Below, piece by piece: positions 21,798-33,845 of a stretch of DNA of 64,000 nt. The notes below the pieces were generated by a model, which was not told where the DNA came from, made no database searches, and saw only the letters and a list, made by a program, of their open reading frames with translations. This stretch comes from an uncultured Actinomycetota bacterium (GTDB taxonomy: Bacteria; Actinomycetota; Acidimicrobiia; Spongiisociales; UBA5794). Position 1 is the stretch's first letter. Every line of letters begins with the position of its first letter. The DNA lies in contig CAWEEG010000020.1 in the NCBI GenBank assembly GCA_963808015.1, forward strand, positions 1,051-65,050, given 5' to 3'. The position numbers and the translations under genes were made by a program.

Positions 21798-22366
21798 TTA
21801 GTGCACTCCTCCAAGGTCATCGATGTAGCGGTCGACAAGCTCACGCTGACCTTGGGCGTCGAGGCTGCCGCCGACAACTTTCTCAGCGACATCGATCGAC
21901 AGATCCGCGACCTGGCGCCTGAGCTCGCCTGCAACACGCTCGCGTTCGCCCACGAGTCTCACCCTGAGCTCGCTCCTTGATCTGATCGGCTTCGGTCTCG
22001 GCTCGTGCCACGACGTCGGCCTTCACCTGCTCACCCGCCGTCCGAGCATCATCGACGATCTGCGTCGCCTCGGCCTTGGCTCCCGACAGCTGCTCTTGGT
22101 AGTCAACGAGCAGGCTCTCGGCCTCGACTTTGGCGTCCTCTGCTGCCTGGAGTTCGGATCGAATCGGCTGCCTGACGAGCTTCAAGCGTCTTGTTCAGTG
22201 CAGGGACTGCCCACTTCCACACGAAGAAGAACACGATGGCGAACGCGATGAGACCCGCGATAGTCTCATTCGGGTCGGGGAACAAGAGGTCAACACCACT
22301 TGCCTCCTCATCGACGGCGGTGGTCTCCTCTGCAAAGAGGAGAAAGGCCTGGGTCATCAGCAACAT
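21798..22366 (-). CDS. atpF: Fo ATP synthase subunit b, two frame breaks (~22165 and ~21955)
   Basis: Three frames join. First a TM helix plus WKWAVPALNKTLEARQ. Then IRSELQAAEDAKVEAESLLVDYQEQL...IKERAQ. Then RLVGERERVAGELRRQVADLSIDVAEKVVGGSL...stop at 21798. Confidence 0.85.
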
Positions 22367-22378
22367 GCTCAGTTCCTC

Positions 22379-22606
<228 letters not shown>

Positions 22607-22610
22607 CTAC

Positions 22611-23430
22611 TCAGTGCTCAGGGTGAACAGATGTTTGGACATAGACCGCTGACAGCAGCGTGAAGATGTACGCCTGCAGGATGATGACCACGATCTCGAA
22701 CATGTAGATGCCGAGGCCGAAAACAAACCACGGGATACCGATCAGCGCCCGGATGCCAATGTCGCCGACGCTCGAGATGAAGACCCATCCGGATACAAGC
22801 AAGAGCGTCAGCATGAGGTGACCGGCAACAAGGTTCGCGAAGAGCCGGACGGCAAGCGTGATCGGGCGCAGAATGAACGTCGACACAACCTCGATCAGCC
22901 CGACGAGCGGGCGCAGGGCAAGCGGAACCGCCATAGGCCACGCCAGATCACCCACGTAGCGGAAGCCGTTCTTCTTGAAGCCGACGAATACGAAGATCAC
23001 CCAGGTCAGCAGGGAGAGCATCAAGGGGATCGCCATGCGGGAGGTGATCGGGAAGTTGATCAGAGGAGTGACCTCAAAGGCGTTGCCGATCAGGATGAAG
23101 AGGAAGATCGACAGCAACCAGGGGAAGTACTTGATTCCTTCGGGGCCGATGATGCCGATGGCAATCTCGTCTCTCACGAACACGACAAGGCTCTCGATCG
23201 CCACGCCGAACTTCGAAGGGACGAGGCTCTTGCCGCGGAGTCCGAAGAAGAGCAGGGCGAGCAACGATGATCATCGCGAGGAAGATCAGGATGACCGTTC
23301 GCGTGAAATCGAGCGGTCCGATCGTGAAGAGCGGATCGGTGAACTCGAACAGTTCGGTCACGTTCTCCGGCCGACAGATGATGTCGTTCGCGGGATCACA
23401 TTCCCCGCTGGCCAGAATCAGTTGCTCCAC
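22611..23430 (-). CDS. atpB: Fo ATP synthase subunit a, one frame break near 23265
   Basis: The 22611..23264 piece carries LAVRLFANLVAGH (the essential Arg motif). The N-terminal part (VEQLILASGE...FTRTVILIFLAMIIV) is in the frame of 23074..23865. The GTG start at 23430 overlaps the upstream stop. Confidence 0.85.
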
Positions 23431-23865
23431 TCCAGGTCCCTTTCCGCGCCGTTCATCACCGCTACCGCCTCCCAGGACAGCAGCACCAAATAGCTCACCA
23501 CCACCGAGATCCCCATGGCCATCCGATCGAGATCGGTCACGTTCGCGATGATCAGCATCGACACCGTAATGAGGCCTAGCCGAATCAGGAATCCGAAAGA
23601 GCGCGGCGGCATGATACATGTTCATGGATACGCGTGCCGCTCGGGCCATGATGTAGCCACCGAGTAGGAAATTGCCGACAACGATCGCAACACCAACGAG
23701 TGCGGCCACGGCTCCGGGCCACCCCTGAAGAATGCCGAAGATGAGAGCCAGCACGGGTGCCACGAAGAGGCTCCGTTTGGCGATGTTCTTGCCGATGATC
23801 GCCTCAATCGGCCGCTCGTCCGGAACAGGGCGATAGCGCACGAGAGGATCGACGTCAGATCCCAT
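23418..23865 (-). CDS. ATP synthase protein I-like small membrane protein, one frame break near 23600
   Basis: Two frames join: MGSDVDPLVRY...VAALVGVAIVVGNFLLGGYIMARAA... and ...GFLIRLGLITVSMLIIANV...SVVVSYLVLLSWEAVAV. Sits immediately upstream of atpB, as atpI usually does. Confidence 0.5.
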
Positions 23866-24106
23866 GAGTGATCCCGTCGGCTTCCTCTTCGATGGCCGCT
23901 GAACGCATCCACATGCGGTAGGAGCCGACGCCCACGCCGAGAAGCGACCACACGATGGTCATGATCGGGCTCCACCCGGTCAGCCAGTCGAGGAGCAGCC
24001 CGATGAGCAGACCCGTGAGGATGTAGGTGAAGAAATCGGCTCCGTCGGAGAAGCCGCCGGTAATGGCTTCCTTCGGCGGGATGCCTCGACCTCTCGCCCC
24101 ATCCAT
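23855..24106 (-). CDS. AtpZ/AtpI-family small membrane protein, first gene of the atp operon
   Basis: 83 aa with two TM helices (FFTYILTGLLIGLLLDWL, IMTIVWSLLGVGVGSY). Position and size fit the AtpZ family. Confidence 0.55.
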   Translation of the reverse strand: MDGARGRGIPPKEAITGGFSDGADFFTYILTGLLIGLLLDWLTGWSPIMTIVWSLLGVGVGSYRMWMRSAAIEEEADGITHGI

Positions 24107-24292
24107 CTTCTGGTATCTCCCAGGTTGCCGGGGCGATGATCAACGGCCCCGCTTGCCGCCCCAGAGGCTACCTCCCGTCCACCCCGTAATGAAACTGCGG
24201 GCGGGACAACTTCCGACGTGACTCCGCTCGGGAATCCGTCGGACGGGGCCGACGATGAATCACCGAACGAATCGGCACATCGCGATCAAGCA

Positions 24293-25819
24293 TCACTCGG
24301 TTGTAACCGCACATTCGTGGACAAGATGCGGTGAAGCACCGGAGATCAACGTCCTGACGGTGTAGTTTCCAAAACGTTCGGTGACTGCGTAGTCGGTGGC
24401 GAGCGTGTCGCGGAGGCCGCCAATGTCCTCGGAGCTCACGAGCTCCTCCCACCCGAGCTTGGTGATCACAACATCGGGCGCCGGCCCGGCGAGTACGAAA
24501 CCCGTGTACTGTTCGGAATGGCACACAAACGGGTTGGGGAAGTTGTAGACCCACTCTCGCTCGGCACCCGGAAGCACGAGCTTCGATACCGCAGAGAGTG
24601 CCCCCGGGGCCGTTGACGAGACACTCGCCGCCTGTTGATCCGCTGCCGAGGCTGCCGGGTAGATCACGTCAAACCGCGGCTTGATGGTCAGCGACCCGGG
24701 GATGATCCAAGCAACCACGATCACCGCTGCGACGAGACCTACGGCGAGCTCGTCGCTGAACGACCACACCCGGAGCGACAGTGCAAAAGCCACTGCAGCA
24801 CCAACCAGGAGGAAGTTCCAGTAGTGCTGGTACCACACGTCGGCAAACGTCGGGCTTCCGAGTGCTGCGACCAGCAACATCGGAATACCAACGACGAACC
24901 AGCGAGGCGCCCGCATCGGCAGCGTGATTCCGACCGTCAAGAGCCACATCAAGATCGAGGTCACGAATACGGGATTCAAGAGCTCACCCAGCACCGCGCC
25001 GGGCTGTCTCAACATCGCGAGTGGTAGTTCGGTGATCGAGACAACGCCGAGATAGTCGAAATAGACGGACGTGGTCGGGGCCTCGCTCGGTCCGAGGAAC
25101 ATCCAGAGCGCCATCACCGCCGCGACCCCTGTGCCGATGGCGATCGTCACCTTCGCATGGATACGGGAGACCGCCAACAGCAGCAGCCCGGCAACAATCA
25201 CGGTGATGGCGATCTCGATTCGAGCCAACGATGCGAGCAGCGGGAGGACCCAGAAGACCGAGATCCGCCATCGCCGGTACGCCCCGGCGATCGTCATCGC
25301 CACAAGACCCATCGAGAGGCCGGTCAGGTGCAGCTCGGTGATGATCGCCCAATACGCCGCGGGGCTCGCAAGCACGTACAGCAACACTGCATGCTTCCGC
25401 CGTCGGCTCAAGCCGATCGCGTCGGCGATCAACCATGCTGCGAGTCCCACCATCGCCACCGAAACAGCTTGCAGCACGAGCAGCACCGGATACGCGAGGC
25501 CCGGGTTCACCCAGTAGATCGGGACGGCTGCGAGCAGGAGCGCCGAAGTGTGGTCGGCAAAATGGCTGACACCGCCGAGACCCGACACGTCCCCGAGACC
25601 GGCCGAAACCTTGTAAAGCACGTTGTCGATGAAGCCAGCATCGAACGCATTGGCCTGGAGTTCCCACACCCGCCGAAGAGCCAAGAACGAATACACCAGC
25701 GCGGCAGCCGCCGTCGCCAGGTACGGGACAACGCGGGAGTCGACCTCTCGAGTCGAGTCCGATGGCGCTGGAGTCGGACGCGATTGACTCACCGTTTCAG
25801 ACACCTCGGGACTGTACAA
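24293..25819 (-). CDS. polytopic membrane protein, DUF2079-like (putative glycosyltransferase-C-type)
   Basis: 508 aa with more than 10 hydrophobic spans. The N-terminal region FDAGFIDNVLYKVSAG...VSHFADHTSALLL resembles the DUF2079 signature as I recall it. Confidence 0.45.
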   Translation of the reverse strand: MYSPEVSETVSQSRPTPAPSDSTREVDSRVVPYLATAAAALVYSFLALRRVWELQANAFDAGFIDNVLYKVSAGLGDVSGLGGVSHFADHTSALLLAAVPIYWVNPGLAYPVLLVLQAVSVAMVGLAAWLIADAIGLSRRRKHAVLLYVLASPAAYWAIITELHLTGLSMGLVAMTIAGAYRRWRISVFWVLPLLASLARIEIAITVIVAGLLLLAVSRIHAKVTIAIGTGVAAVMALWMFLGPSEAPTTSVYFDYLGVVSITELPLAMLRQPGAVLGELLNPVFVTSILMWLLTVGITLPMRAPRWFVVGIPMLLVAALGSPTFADVWYQHYWNFLLVGAAVAFALSLRVWSFSDELAVGLVAAVIVVAWIIPGSLTIKPRFDVIYPAASAADQQAASVSSTAPGALSAVSKLVLPGAEREWVYNFPNPFVCHSEQYTGFVLAGPAPDVVITKLGWEELVSSEDIGGLRDTLATDYAVTERFGNYTVRTLISGASPHLVHECAVTTE

Positions 25820-25929
25820 CAGGCCTTCGCGCCACTCGCGGCACCACTCGGGCGAACCGGCCGAACCTGGCCACCTTCAGAACGCCTCCACGAGCACACC
25901 AGCATTCGCTCGGTCGAGGCGAGCAATCC

Positions 25930-27192
25930 CTACGCGTACCCGGGGAATCCCTCGGGGTAGGCGGGGAAGGCTTCGATGAGTTCGTCAACCGCCTCCTTGA
26001 CCGTCGCGATCGCGTACGGCTCGTTGCGCCGACGGAGAAGCTCGACGATGGCGTTGCCGAGCGTGAGCATCTGCTCCTGTTTCATACCGACGGCCGTCAC
26101 TGCCGGTGTCCCGATTCGGATGCCCGATGTGACGAACGGTGACCGTGCATCGAATGGGATCGAATTCCGGTTCAGCGTGATCCCCATCTGGTCGAGGAAC
26201 GTTGCGGCCTCTTTGCCCGTCAACTCGGGATCGATGCTCGATACATCCACCAGGAACATGTGATTCTCGGTACCGCCGGACACGACGCGGGCTCCATCTT
26301 CGGCAATGGAGTCGGCGAGCACCTTGGCGTTGCGAACGATCTGCGTCGCGTACGTTGCGAACTCGGGCTCCGAGGCTTTCTTGAATGCCAGCGCCTTGCC
26401 CGCAATCTGATGGTTGAACGGACCGCCCTGCGCGTATGGGAAGACGCCCTTGTCGATCACCTTCGCGTACTCCTCAGACGACAGGATCAATCCACCGCGG
26501 GGTCCACGTAGCGATTTGTGTGTCGTGGCCGTGACAATGTCGGCGTACGGGACCGGACTCGGGTGTACCCGACCGGCGACAAGGCCGGTGATGTGCGCCA
26601 TGTCCACGAGCAGCACGGCGCCGACCTCATCAGCCACCTCCCGGAAGAGGCCCCAGTCGGGAATCTGCGAGTAGGCCGAGTAGCCGGCAATGATCATCTT
26701 CGGTTGGTGTTCAACGGCGAGACGTCGCAAATCGTCCATGTCGATGCGCTCGGTCTCCGGATCAACACCGTACGAAACGAAGTTGAACAGCTGGCCCGAG
26801 AAACTCACCGGTGACCCGTGGGTGAGGTGTCCGCCCTGGTCGAGACGCATCCCGAGAATCGTGTCACCGGGTTCCAAAACCGCCAGGTAGGCGGCCATGT
26901 TGGCCTGCGAACCCGAATGTGCCTGCACGTTGGCATGGGCGGCACCGAAAAGCGCCTTCGCGCGTTCGACGGCGAGGCTCTCGACGGCATCGACGATCTC
27001 ACACCCCTCGTAGTAGCGCCTGCCCGGATACCCCTCGGAGTACTTGTTGGTGAGGATCGAACCAACGGCCTGAAGCATCGCGTAATCGGCGGTGTTCTCC
27101 GACGCGATCAAATGGATGTGGCTGCGCTGGCGATCCGCCTCGCGTTCGAGAAGATCCGCGAGTACCGGATCAACATCCGGTAGCGGCGTCAT
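25930..27192 (-). CDS. glyA: serine hydroxymethyltransferase
   Basis: 420 aa intact. Contains LIASENT, YSEGYPGRRYY, and TTHKSLRGPRGG (PLP lysine motif). Confidence 0.97.
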   Translation of the reverse strand: MTPLPDVDPVLADLLEREADRQRSHIHLIASENTADYAMLQAVGSILTNKYSEGYPGRRYYEGCEIVDAVESLAVERAKALFGAAHANVQAHSGSQANMAAYLAVLEPGDTILGMRLDQGGHLTHGSPVSFSGQLFNFVSYGVDPETERIDMDDLRRLAVEHQPKMIIAGYSAYSQIPDWGLFREVADEVGAVLLVDMAHITGLVAGRVHPSPVPYADIVTATTHKSLRGPRGGLILSSEEYAKVIDKGVFPYAQGGPFNHQIAGKALAFKKASEPEFATYATQIVRNAKVLADSIAEDGARVVSGGTENHMFLVDVSSIDPELTGKEAATFLDQMGITLNRNSIPFDARSPFVTSGIRIGTPAVTAVGMKQEQMLTLGNAIVELLRRRNEPYAIATVKEAVDELIEAFPAYPEGFPGYA

Positions 27193-27324
27193 GTCGGTTA
27201 TGAGTGCCCCCTATAAGGCTTGACGGGCGAGGATAGTCGGAGTTGGGCGACGAATTCGCTCCGAACAGCGAACGATCACTCGGCGGGCGTGGGAACCCGA
27301 AGCTGAAACGACGAAATACGGAGA

Positions 27325-27894
27325 CTATGGGGTGACGGGACCGTCGCGTAGGACCCACTCAGCCGGTTGCGTGAGGTCGATGATCGTCGACGCACTGCCA
27401 CCGACGGCTTCACCATCGAGGTAGACGGCGACGTCGTCGCCGAACAGGTTCCTCGCGTCTTCAACGGTGAGGACAGCGGGCCTGCCTGAGATGTTCGCGC
27501 TCGTGACCGCGAGCGGGCCGCTTGCGCGGAGGAACTCGAGTGCGACCGGATGGTTCGGGCAGCGAAGACCGAGCGTCCGTCGGTCGGGGTCGCCGATCCA
27601 TTCCGGCGTCGACTTCAGCTTCGGCACGACCAGCGTGAGCGCGCCCGGCCAGTGCTCCTCTGCGAGCTCGAGGCCACGGTCACCGAAGGCACCAAGCTCG
27701 AGCGCCTGCTCGAGATCCGCCACGAGAATCGCAAGCGGCTTGATTCCCGGCCGCCCCTTCGCAATGAAGATCCGGTCGAGTGAATCGGGGTTGAACGGGT
27801 CGGCGGCGATCCCGTAGAGCGTGTCGGTGGGGATACCCACGAGTTCGCCATTGGTCACGGCCGCGAGCGCTGAGGAGAGCATCTCTGTATCCAT
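27325..27894 (-). CDS. tsaC: L-threonylcarbamoyladenylate synthase (YrdC/TsaC family)
   Basis: 189 aa. Contains GIPTDTLYGIAADP, KGRPGIKPLAILV, TSANISGRP and STIIDLT. Confidence 0.85.
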   Translation of the reverse strand: MDTEMLSSALAAVTNGELVGIPTDTLYGIAADPFNPDSLDRIFIAKGRPGIKPLAILVADLEQALELGAFGDRGLELAEEHWPGALTLVVPKLKSTPEWIGDPDRRTLGLRCPNHPVALEFLRASGPLAVTSANISGRPAVLTVEDARNLFGDDVAVYLDGEAVGGSASTIIDLTQPAEWVLRDGPVTP

Positions 27895-27903
27895 CCCTAC
27901 AAC

Positions 27904-28710
27904 CTACTGCGGTGAGACCCCGATGACGAAGCGTTCCTTGCCGGAGAGGTCGATTCGGATTTCACCGCCGAGAGCCGAGAAGTGGTTTGCGACGGCGGCG
28001 CCGTGGAATTCTGAGATCTCGCAGACGATGACACCGCCGGGAATCAACCACACCGGGGCCGCCGCGGCGATCCTCGCTAGAACCTCATCTCCGACCGGGC
28101 CCGCAACGAGCGCTGACACGGGTTCATGGTCGCGGACGTCTGGAGGGAGGTCGTTCAGTTCGTGCTCTGCGATATACGGAGGGTTGGAGACAACGAGGTC
28201 AACCCTGCCGGCGATGTTCGCTGGCAGCGGTTCGAAGAGGTCGCCGTGGAACACCGTGACGTCCAACCCAGCCGTCCGCGCGTTCGCACGCGCCACGTCA
28301 ACGGCGTCTTCGGACAGATCAACGGCGTAGACCGTCGCCGATGGAAACGCGGCCTTGAGAGCGATCGCGAGATTTCCGCTCCCGGTGCAGAGGTCGACGA
28401 TGACGCTGGGTGCGTCAACCGCCTCACATGCAATCTCGAACAGTTGCTCGGTCTCGGGGCGGGGAATCAGAACGCGTGGATCGACGGACACTTCGATCGG
28501 CCCGAACGCTGCGATCCCCTCAATGTATTGAAGCGGCTCGTCGCTCCTGCGACGCTCGACGAAGCCGTTGAAGCGGCCCACCTGGGCAGCATCCAATTCA
28601 ACCCCGAGAATCAAGTCGGTCCAGTGCCACCCCGTAGCCGCGACGAGCAACCGCCGGACCTCGTGGTCGGGAAGGTCGGGGGCTGAGCGAAGCGCCTCGG
28701 AGGAGTTCAT
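27904..28710 (-). CDS. prmC: release-factor glutamine N5-methyltransferase
   Basis: 268 aa. Contains DLCTGSGNLAI (SAM motif) and VSNPPY. Lies downstream of prfA. Confidence 0.9.
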   Translation of the reverse strand: MNSSEALRSAPDLPDHEVRRLLVAATGWHWTDLILGVELDAAQVGRFNGFVERRRSDEPLQYIEGIAAFGPIEVSVDPRVLIPRPETEQLFEIACEAVDAPSVIVDLCTGSGNLAIALKAAFPSATVYAVDLSEDAVDVARANARTAGLDVTVFHGDLFEPLPANIAGRVDLVVSNPPYIAEHELNDLPPDVRDHEPVSALVAGPVGDEVLARIAAAAPVWLIPGGVIVCEISEFHGAAVANHFSALGGEIRIDLSGKERFVIGVSPQ

Positions 28711-28712
28711 GC

Positions 28713-28787
28713 CGAGACGCTAGACACGAGACACGAGACACGAGAACAGACACGCGTCGTGCTTGCCTGTGACATCCGGGGTCTCAC
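28713..28787. repeat. repeat family 2 (GAGACNN heptad array), copy 1, mostly one arm
   Basis: cGAGACGctaGACACGAGACACGAGACACGAGAACAGACACG at 28713..28756. A weak complementary arm (ggggtctcac) lies at 28778..28787. Sits between the prfA stop and the prmC start. Confidence 0.7.
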
Positions 28788-29860
28788 CCATCGGCGAGGG
28801 CTCTTGCTGCTTCGTCTGCGATCAACGCGTCGTGGAGGACTTCAAGATCGCCGTCGAGGACCTGCGGGAGGGAGTGCACCGTGAGCCCGACACGATGGTC
28901 GGTGACGCGGTTCTCCTTGAAGTTGTACGTCCTGATCTTTTCCGAACGGTCACCGGTCCCCACTTGTGACCGCCGCACCGACGCACGCTCCCCGACCTGC
29001 TCTGCCATCTGCGCCTGGAAGAGGCGCGCACGCAGCACACGGAGGGCCTTCGTCTTGTTCTGCAGCTGCGACTTCTCGTCCTGGCACGACACGACGATGC
29101 CCGTCGGCCGGTGGGTGATACGCACTGCCGAATCGGTCGTGTTCACCGACTGGCCTCCGGGACCGGTAGACCGGAACGTCTCGATGTCGAGGTCGTTGTC
29201 GTTGATCTCGACCTCAACGGCCTCGGCTTCCGGTAGCACAGCTACGGTCGCCATCGACGTGTGGATTCGTCCTTGTGATTCGGTCTTTGGGACACGTTGC
29301 ACACGATGTGGGCCCGCTTCGAACTTGAAACGCGAATAGGCGCCCTTGCCCTTCACCGCGAACGTCGCCTCCTTCAGTCCCCCGGTATCGGAGAGGGAGA
29401 CATCGATCGGGTCAACCGACCAACGACTCCGTTCCGCGAACCGTTCATACATGCGGTAGAGGTCGCCAGCCCAGAGCGCGGCTTCTTCTCCTCCCGCTGC
29501 GGAACGGATCTCGACGATGACGTCCTTGTCATCGTTCGGATCTTTCGGAATCAGCAGTCGTCTCAACTCGGCCTCAATCCCATCGAGCTCCGCACGTTTC
29601 GACTCGGCAATCTCGTTCAGGTATGCGACCATCTCGGGGTCGTCGTCCTCGGCTGCCATCTCGAGCGCCTCACGCGATTCGGTGTCGGCCTCGAGATATC
29701 GGCGGTACGCATCAACCACGGGTTTGAGTTCCGAATGCCGCCCGGTGACGACCCGGTAGCGCTTCTGATCTGCGAGGACGTCCGGATTGCTGAGCAAGCC
29801 GATGATCTCATCGAACTCCTCGGTGGTGGTCGTCAGCCGTGTCGCGAGGCGGTCATCCAT
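28784..29860 (-). CDS. prfA: peptide chain release factor 1
   Basis: Contains RSTGPGGQSVNTTDSAVRITH (GGQ motif) and PEAE... The likely start is MDDRLATRL at 29860 (alternative 29881). The longer ORF-track N-terminus is Arg/Pro-rich and overlaps the upstream gene. Confidence 0.93.
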   Translation of the reverse strand: MDDRLATRLTTTTEEFDEIIGLLSNPDVLADQKRYRVVTGRHSELKPVVDAYRRYLEADTESREALEMAAEDDDPEMVAYLNEIAESKRAELDGIEAELRRLLIPKDPNDDKDVIVEIRSAAGGEEAALWAGDLYRMYERFAERSRWSVDPIDVSLSDTGGLKEATFAVKGKGAYSRFKFEAGPHRVQRVPKTESQGRIHTSMATVAVLPEAEAVEVEINDNDLDIETFRSTGPGGQSVNTTDSAVRITHRPTGIVVSCQDEKSQLQNKTKALRVLRARLFQAQMAEQVGERASVRRSQVGTGDRSEKIRTYNFKENRVTDHRVGLTVHSLPQVLDGDLEVLHDALIADEAARALADG

Positions 29861-30800
29861 CGTTCGAGCCGTCGACGTCATATTCCGCGGAGAGCGCAGC
29901 TGCGACAACGGGCCCTCGCTGCTTGACCTGATCAACCGCATCATCGCTGAGAGCGGCGAGCAGAGAGGTGACCGCAACTTCGACCTGGTCGTCGGAAGGT
30001 TCCTTGGTCGTGATGGCCTGGATCCACATGCCGGGTGTCGAAGCCCAGGCAAGCCACTGATGACCCGCGGCAGCCTTCAGGACCTCATAGGACATCCCGG
30101 CAATCACCGGAATCAGAACGATTCTGGAGATGATCTGCCATATGAGCGGCAGCGGAGCGAGCAGCATGAACACAAAGAACGCCACCATCGCCACGATGAT
30201 GATGAACGACGTGCCGCATCGGGGATGGCGCGGGCTGTACTTCTGGATCGATACGACATCGAGCGGGTCGCCGTTCTCGTAGGCGTGGATCGTCTTGTGT
30301 TCGGCGCCGTGATACTGGAACACCCGCTGGATCTCGGAGCTACGGCCGATCAGCCAGATATAGCCCACGACGAGCGCGATACGGATGAGTCCATCGATGA
30401 CCACGAAGGCAAAGCTCGAGTGGTCGAAGAAGCCCTTCAGGAAATTGGCCGACAGGACGGGTACGAGGATGAACAGGCCGATCGCGAGAACGACGGCGAT
30501 CGCCATCGTCCAGATCACCTGCGTTCGTGTGATCTCCTCTTCTTCATCTCCCGCCTTCTCAGCGGACCAGGAGAGCGCTCTGAAGCCGAGCGAGAGGGAC
30601 TCGATGAGAACGAAGATTCCGCGAATGAACGGCCACTTCGCAGCCTTCGAACGGCTCGTCGCCGCTGGCAGTTCGCTGCTCTTCGCCTCGATGACCCCAT
30701 CGGGTCGACGCACGGCAACGGCCCACGCATCGGGGGCGCGCATCATCACACCTTCGATGACGGCTTGTCCGCCGACGCTAGCGCCCGGAGGGCGGCTCAA
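29853..30800 (-). CDS. DUF1385 (YqhQ-like) membrane protein
   Basis: 315 aa. Contains GGQAVIEGVMMRAPD, YHGAEHKTIH and PRCGTSF, the hallmark DUF1385 motifs. This family is commonly found next to rpmE/prfA. Confidence 0.8.
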   Translation of the reverse strand: MSRPPGASVGGQAVIEGVMMRAPDAWAVAVRRPDGVIEAKSSELPAATSRSKAAKWPFIRGIFVLIESLSLGFRALSWSAEKAGDEEEEITRTQVIWTMAIAVVLAIGLFILVPVLSANFLKGFFDHSSFAFVVIDGLIRIALVVGYIWLIGRSSEIQRVFQYHGAEHKTIHAYENGDPLDVVSIQKYSPRHPRCGTSFIIIVAMVAFFVFMLLAPLPLIWQIISRIVLIPVIAGMSYEVLKAAAGHQWLAWASTPGMWIQAITTKEPSDDQVEVAVTSLLAALSDDAVDQVKQRGPVVAAALSAEYDVDGSNDG

Positions 30801-31058
30801 TCAGGACTCCTCGTCGGAGGAATCGCCCTTCTCGGCGGCGGTGATTCCGGTGTCGATTCCGGCCTTCGCGTAGCGCTTGCGGAAGCGCTCGACGCGACCA
30901 CCGGAGTCGACCATGCGCTGCTTCCCGGTGTAGAAGGGATGGCACTGGTCACAGAGCTCAACGTGGAGCTCGGCTTCGGTTGATCGAGTGACAAAGGTGT
31001 TGCCACAAGAGCACGTGACGGTGCTCTCGACATATTCTGGGTGGATACCGGTCTTCAC
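30801..31058 (-). CDS. rpmE: 50S ribosomal protein L31
   Basis: MKTGIHPEY...CSCGNTF...[14 protein letters not shown]. 85 aa. Confidence 0.95.
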   Translation of the reverse strand: MKTGIHPEYVESTVTCSCGNTFVTRSTEAELHVELCDQCHPFYTGKQRMVDSGGRVERFRKRYAKAGIDTGITAAEKGDSSDEES

Positions 31059-31104
31059 GGTTTCGTCTCCTGATCCTGCTTCGTTCGGAACTGTAGCGGT
31101 CCGC

Positions 31105-32538
<1,434 letters not shown>

Positions 32539-32705
32539 GTGTGTTGTTGCCCCTTTTCAGGACGAAGGGTCAAACGACCCGGAGATTGGGGACCTCGGAC
32601 AACACGACGGTGATCCGGGTCTTCCTGGAATGCTCCCTCGTACGGCACGCGACACGCGGTCGAGAAGGAGTGGATGGAGCGATTGTAACGGTATTCGCGC
32701 TTAGT

Positions 32706-33845
32706 TCAAGCAGATATGCCAGAAGCGAGACCGAGACTCGAGACGAGAGAGCTTGAGACACGAGACCGAGGGAAGGGTCGGGTCTCGGGTCTTGTGTCTC
32801 GGATCTCGGGTCTGTCCTCGACTACCAGCCCAGGATACTCGAGGACCGCATCGAGCCTCGGCGTCACGGGGCCCGGGAGGTCGGCTTCGATCACGGCGGT
32901 CTCGGGATCCTTCAGACCATGGCCGGTGAGGGTGCACACGATGGGGCCGTCCGGCAGTTCGTCGCGATACTTCAGGATCCCTGCAACACCGGCAGCTGAG
33001 GCAGGCTCGCAGAACACTCCTTCACGGGTGGCCAGGAATCGGTAGGCGTCGAGGATCTCATCGTCGGTGACGGCCTCGATTCGACCGCCGGATTCGTCTC
33101 GGGCCGCGACGGCTCCATCCCACGAGGCCGGGTTGCCGATTCGGATCGCCGTCGCAATCGTCTCGGGTTCGTCCACGATTTCTCCGTACACGATCGGCGC
33201 GGCGCCGGCCGCTTGGAATCCCCACATCAAGGGAGCCTCATCAACATCGGTGTATCCCTGCCAATAGGCGGTGATGTTCCCCGCGTTCCCGACAGGGAGT
33301 GCATGAACCGACGGCGCAGCGCCGAGAGTGTCCACGATCTCCCACGCGGCCGTCTTCTGGCCTGCGATTCGATACGGATTGATGGAGTTGACGAGCGCAA
33401 CGTCGTGGCTTCCGGTCAACTCCAGGACGATCGCAAGAGCATCGTCGAAGCTCCCGTCAATGGGAACAATCGTCGCGCCGTGCACGATCGCCTGAGCCAA
33501 CTTCCCGCGGGCGATCTTGCCGGACGGGATAACCACGATGGACGTGATGCCTGCGCGCTGCGCGTATGCAGCCGCCGACGCCGAGGTGTTCCCGGTCGAC
33601 GCACACGCCACGGCACGGGCTCCATCCTCTACCGCCTTCGACACCGCCAGGGTCATTCCGCGGTCCTTGAACGACCCGGTCGGATTGAGGCCCTCGAACT
33701 TGAGAAACACCTTCCGCTGAACGGCTTTCGAGAGTGCCGGCGCTGGAATGAGCGGCGTGTCGCCTTCGAGGAGGGTCACGACGGGCGTGTCCGGTCCCAC
33801 CGGGAGGCGATCCCGATATGCCTCGATGATGCCTTTGCGGCTCAT
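32706..33845 (-). CDS. thrC: threonine synthase (ORF 3-prime end runs through a repeat element)
   Basis: 379 aa. Contains [18 protein letters not shown] (PLP lysine motif), ASTGNTSAS and VGNAGN. The last ~35 aa ([21 protein letters not shown]...) are encoded by repeat family 2. Confidence 0.9.
   Translation of the reverse strand: MSRKGIIEAYRDRLPVGPDTPVVTLLEGDTPLIPAPALSKAVQRKVFLKFEGLNPTGSFKDRGMTLAVSKAVEDGARAVACASTGNTSASAAAYAQRAGITSIVVIPSGKIARGKLAQAIVHGATIVPIDGSFDDALAIVLELTGSHDVALVNSINPYRIAGQKTAAWEIVDTLGAAPSVHALPVGNAGNITAYWQGYTDVDEAPLMWGFQAAGAAPIVYGEIVDEPETIATAIRIGNPASWDGAVAARDESGGRIEAVTDDEILDAYRFLATREGVFCEPASAAGVAGILKYRDELPDGPIVCTLTGHGLKDPETAVIEADLPGPVTPRLDAVLEYPGLVVEDRPEIRDTRPETRPFPRSRVSSSLVSSLGLASGISA
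32724..32820. repeat. repeat family 2 (inverted GAGACNN / NNGTCTC heptad arrays), copy 2
   Basis: The left arm aGCGAGACCGAGACTCGAGACGAGAGAGCTTGAGACACGAGACCGAG, the loop ggaagg, and the right arm GTCGGGTCTCGGGTCTTGTGTCTCGGATCTCGGGTCTG form a long imperfect hairpin. It overlaps the last ~35 codons of the thrC ORF. Confidence 0.8.

Noticed and set aside
27193-27324. ZTP (pfl) or glycine riboswitch in the glyA leader.
   Set aside because: I found neither the CCGGGCGGA...CCGCCTGGGC ZTP signature nor glycine-aptamer cores when reading the minus strand of this interval.
28784-30052. The long N-terminal extension of the prfA ORF, and possible programmed frameshifting.
   Set aside because: Programmed +1 frameshifting is a prfB feature, not a prfA one. 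The extension is Arg/Pro/Ser-rich and overlaps the DUF1385 gene. The canonical N-terminus begins at MDDRLATRL (29860).
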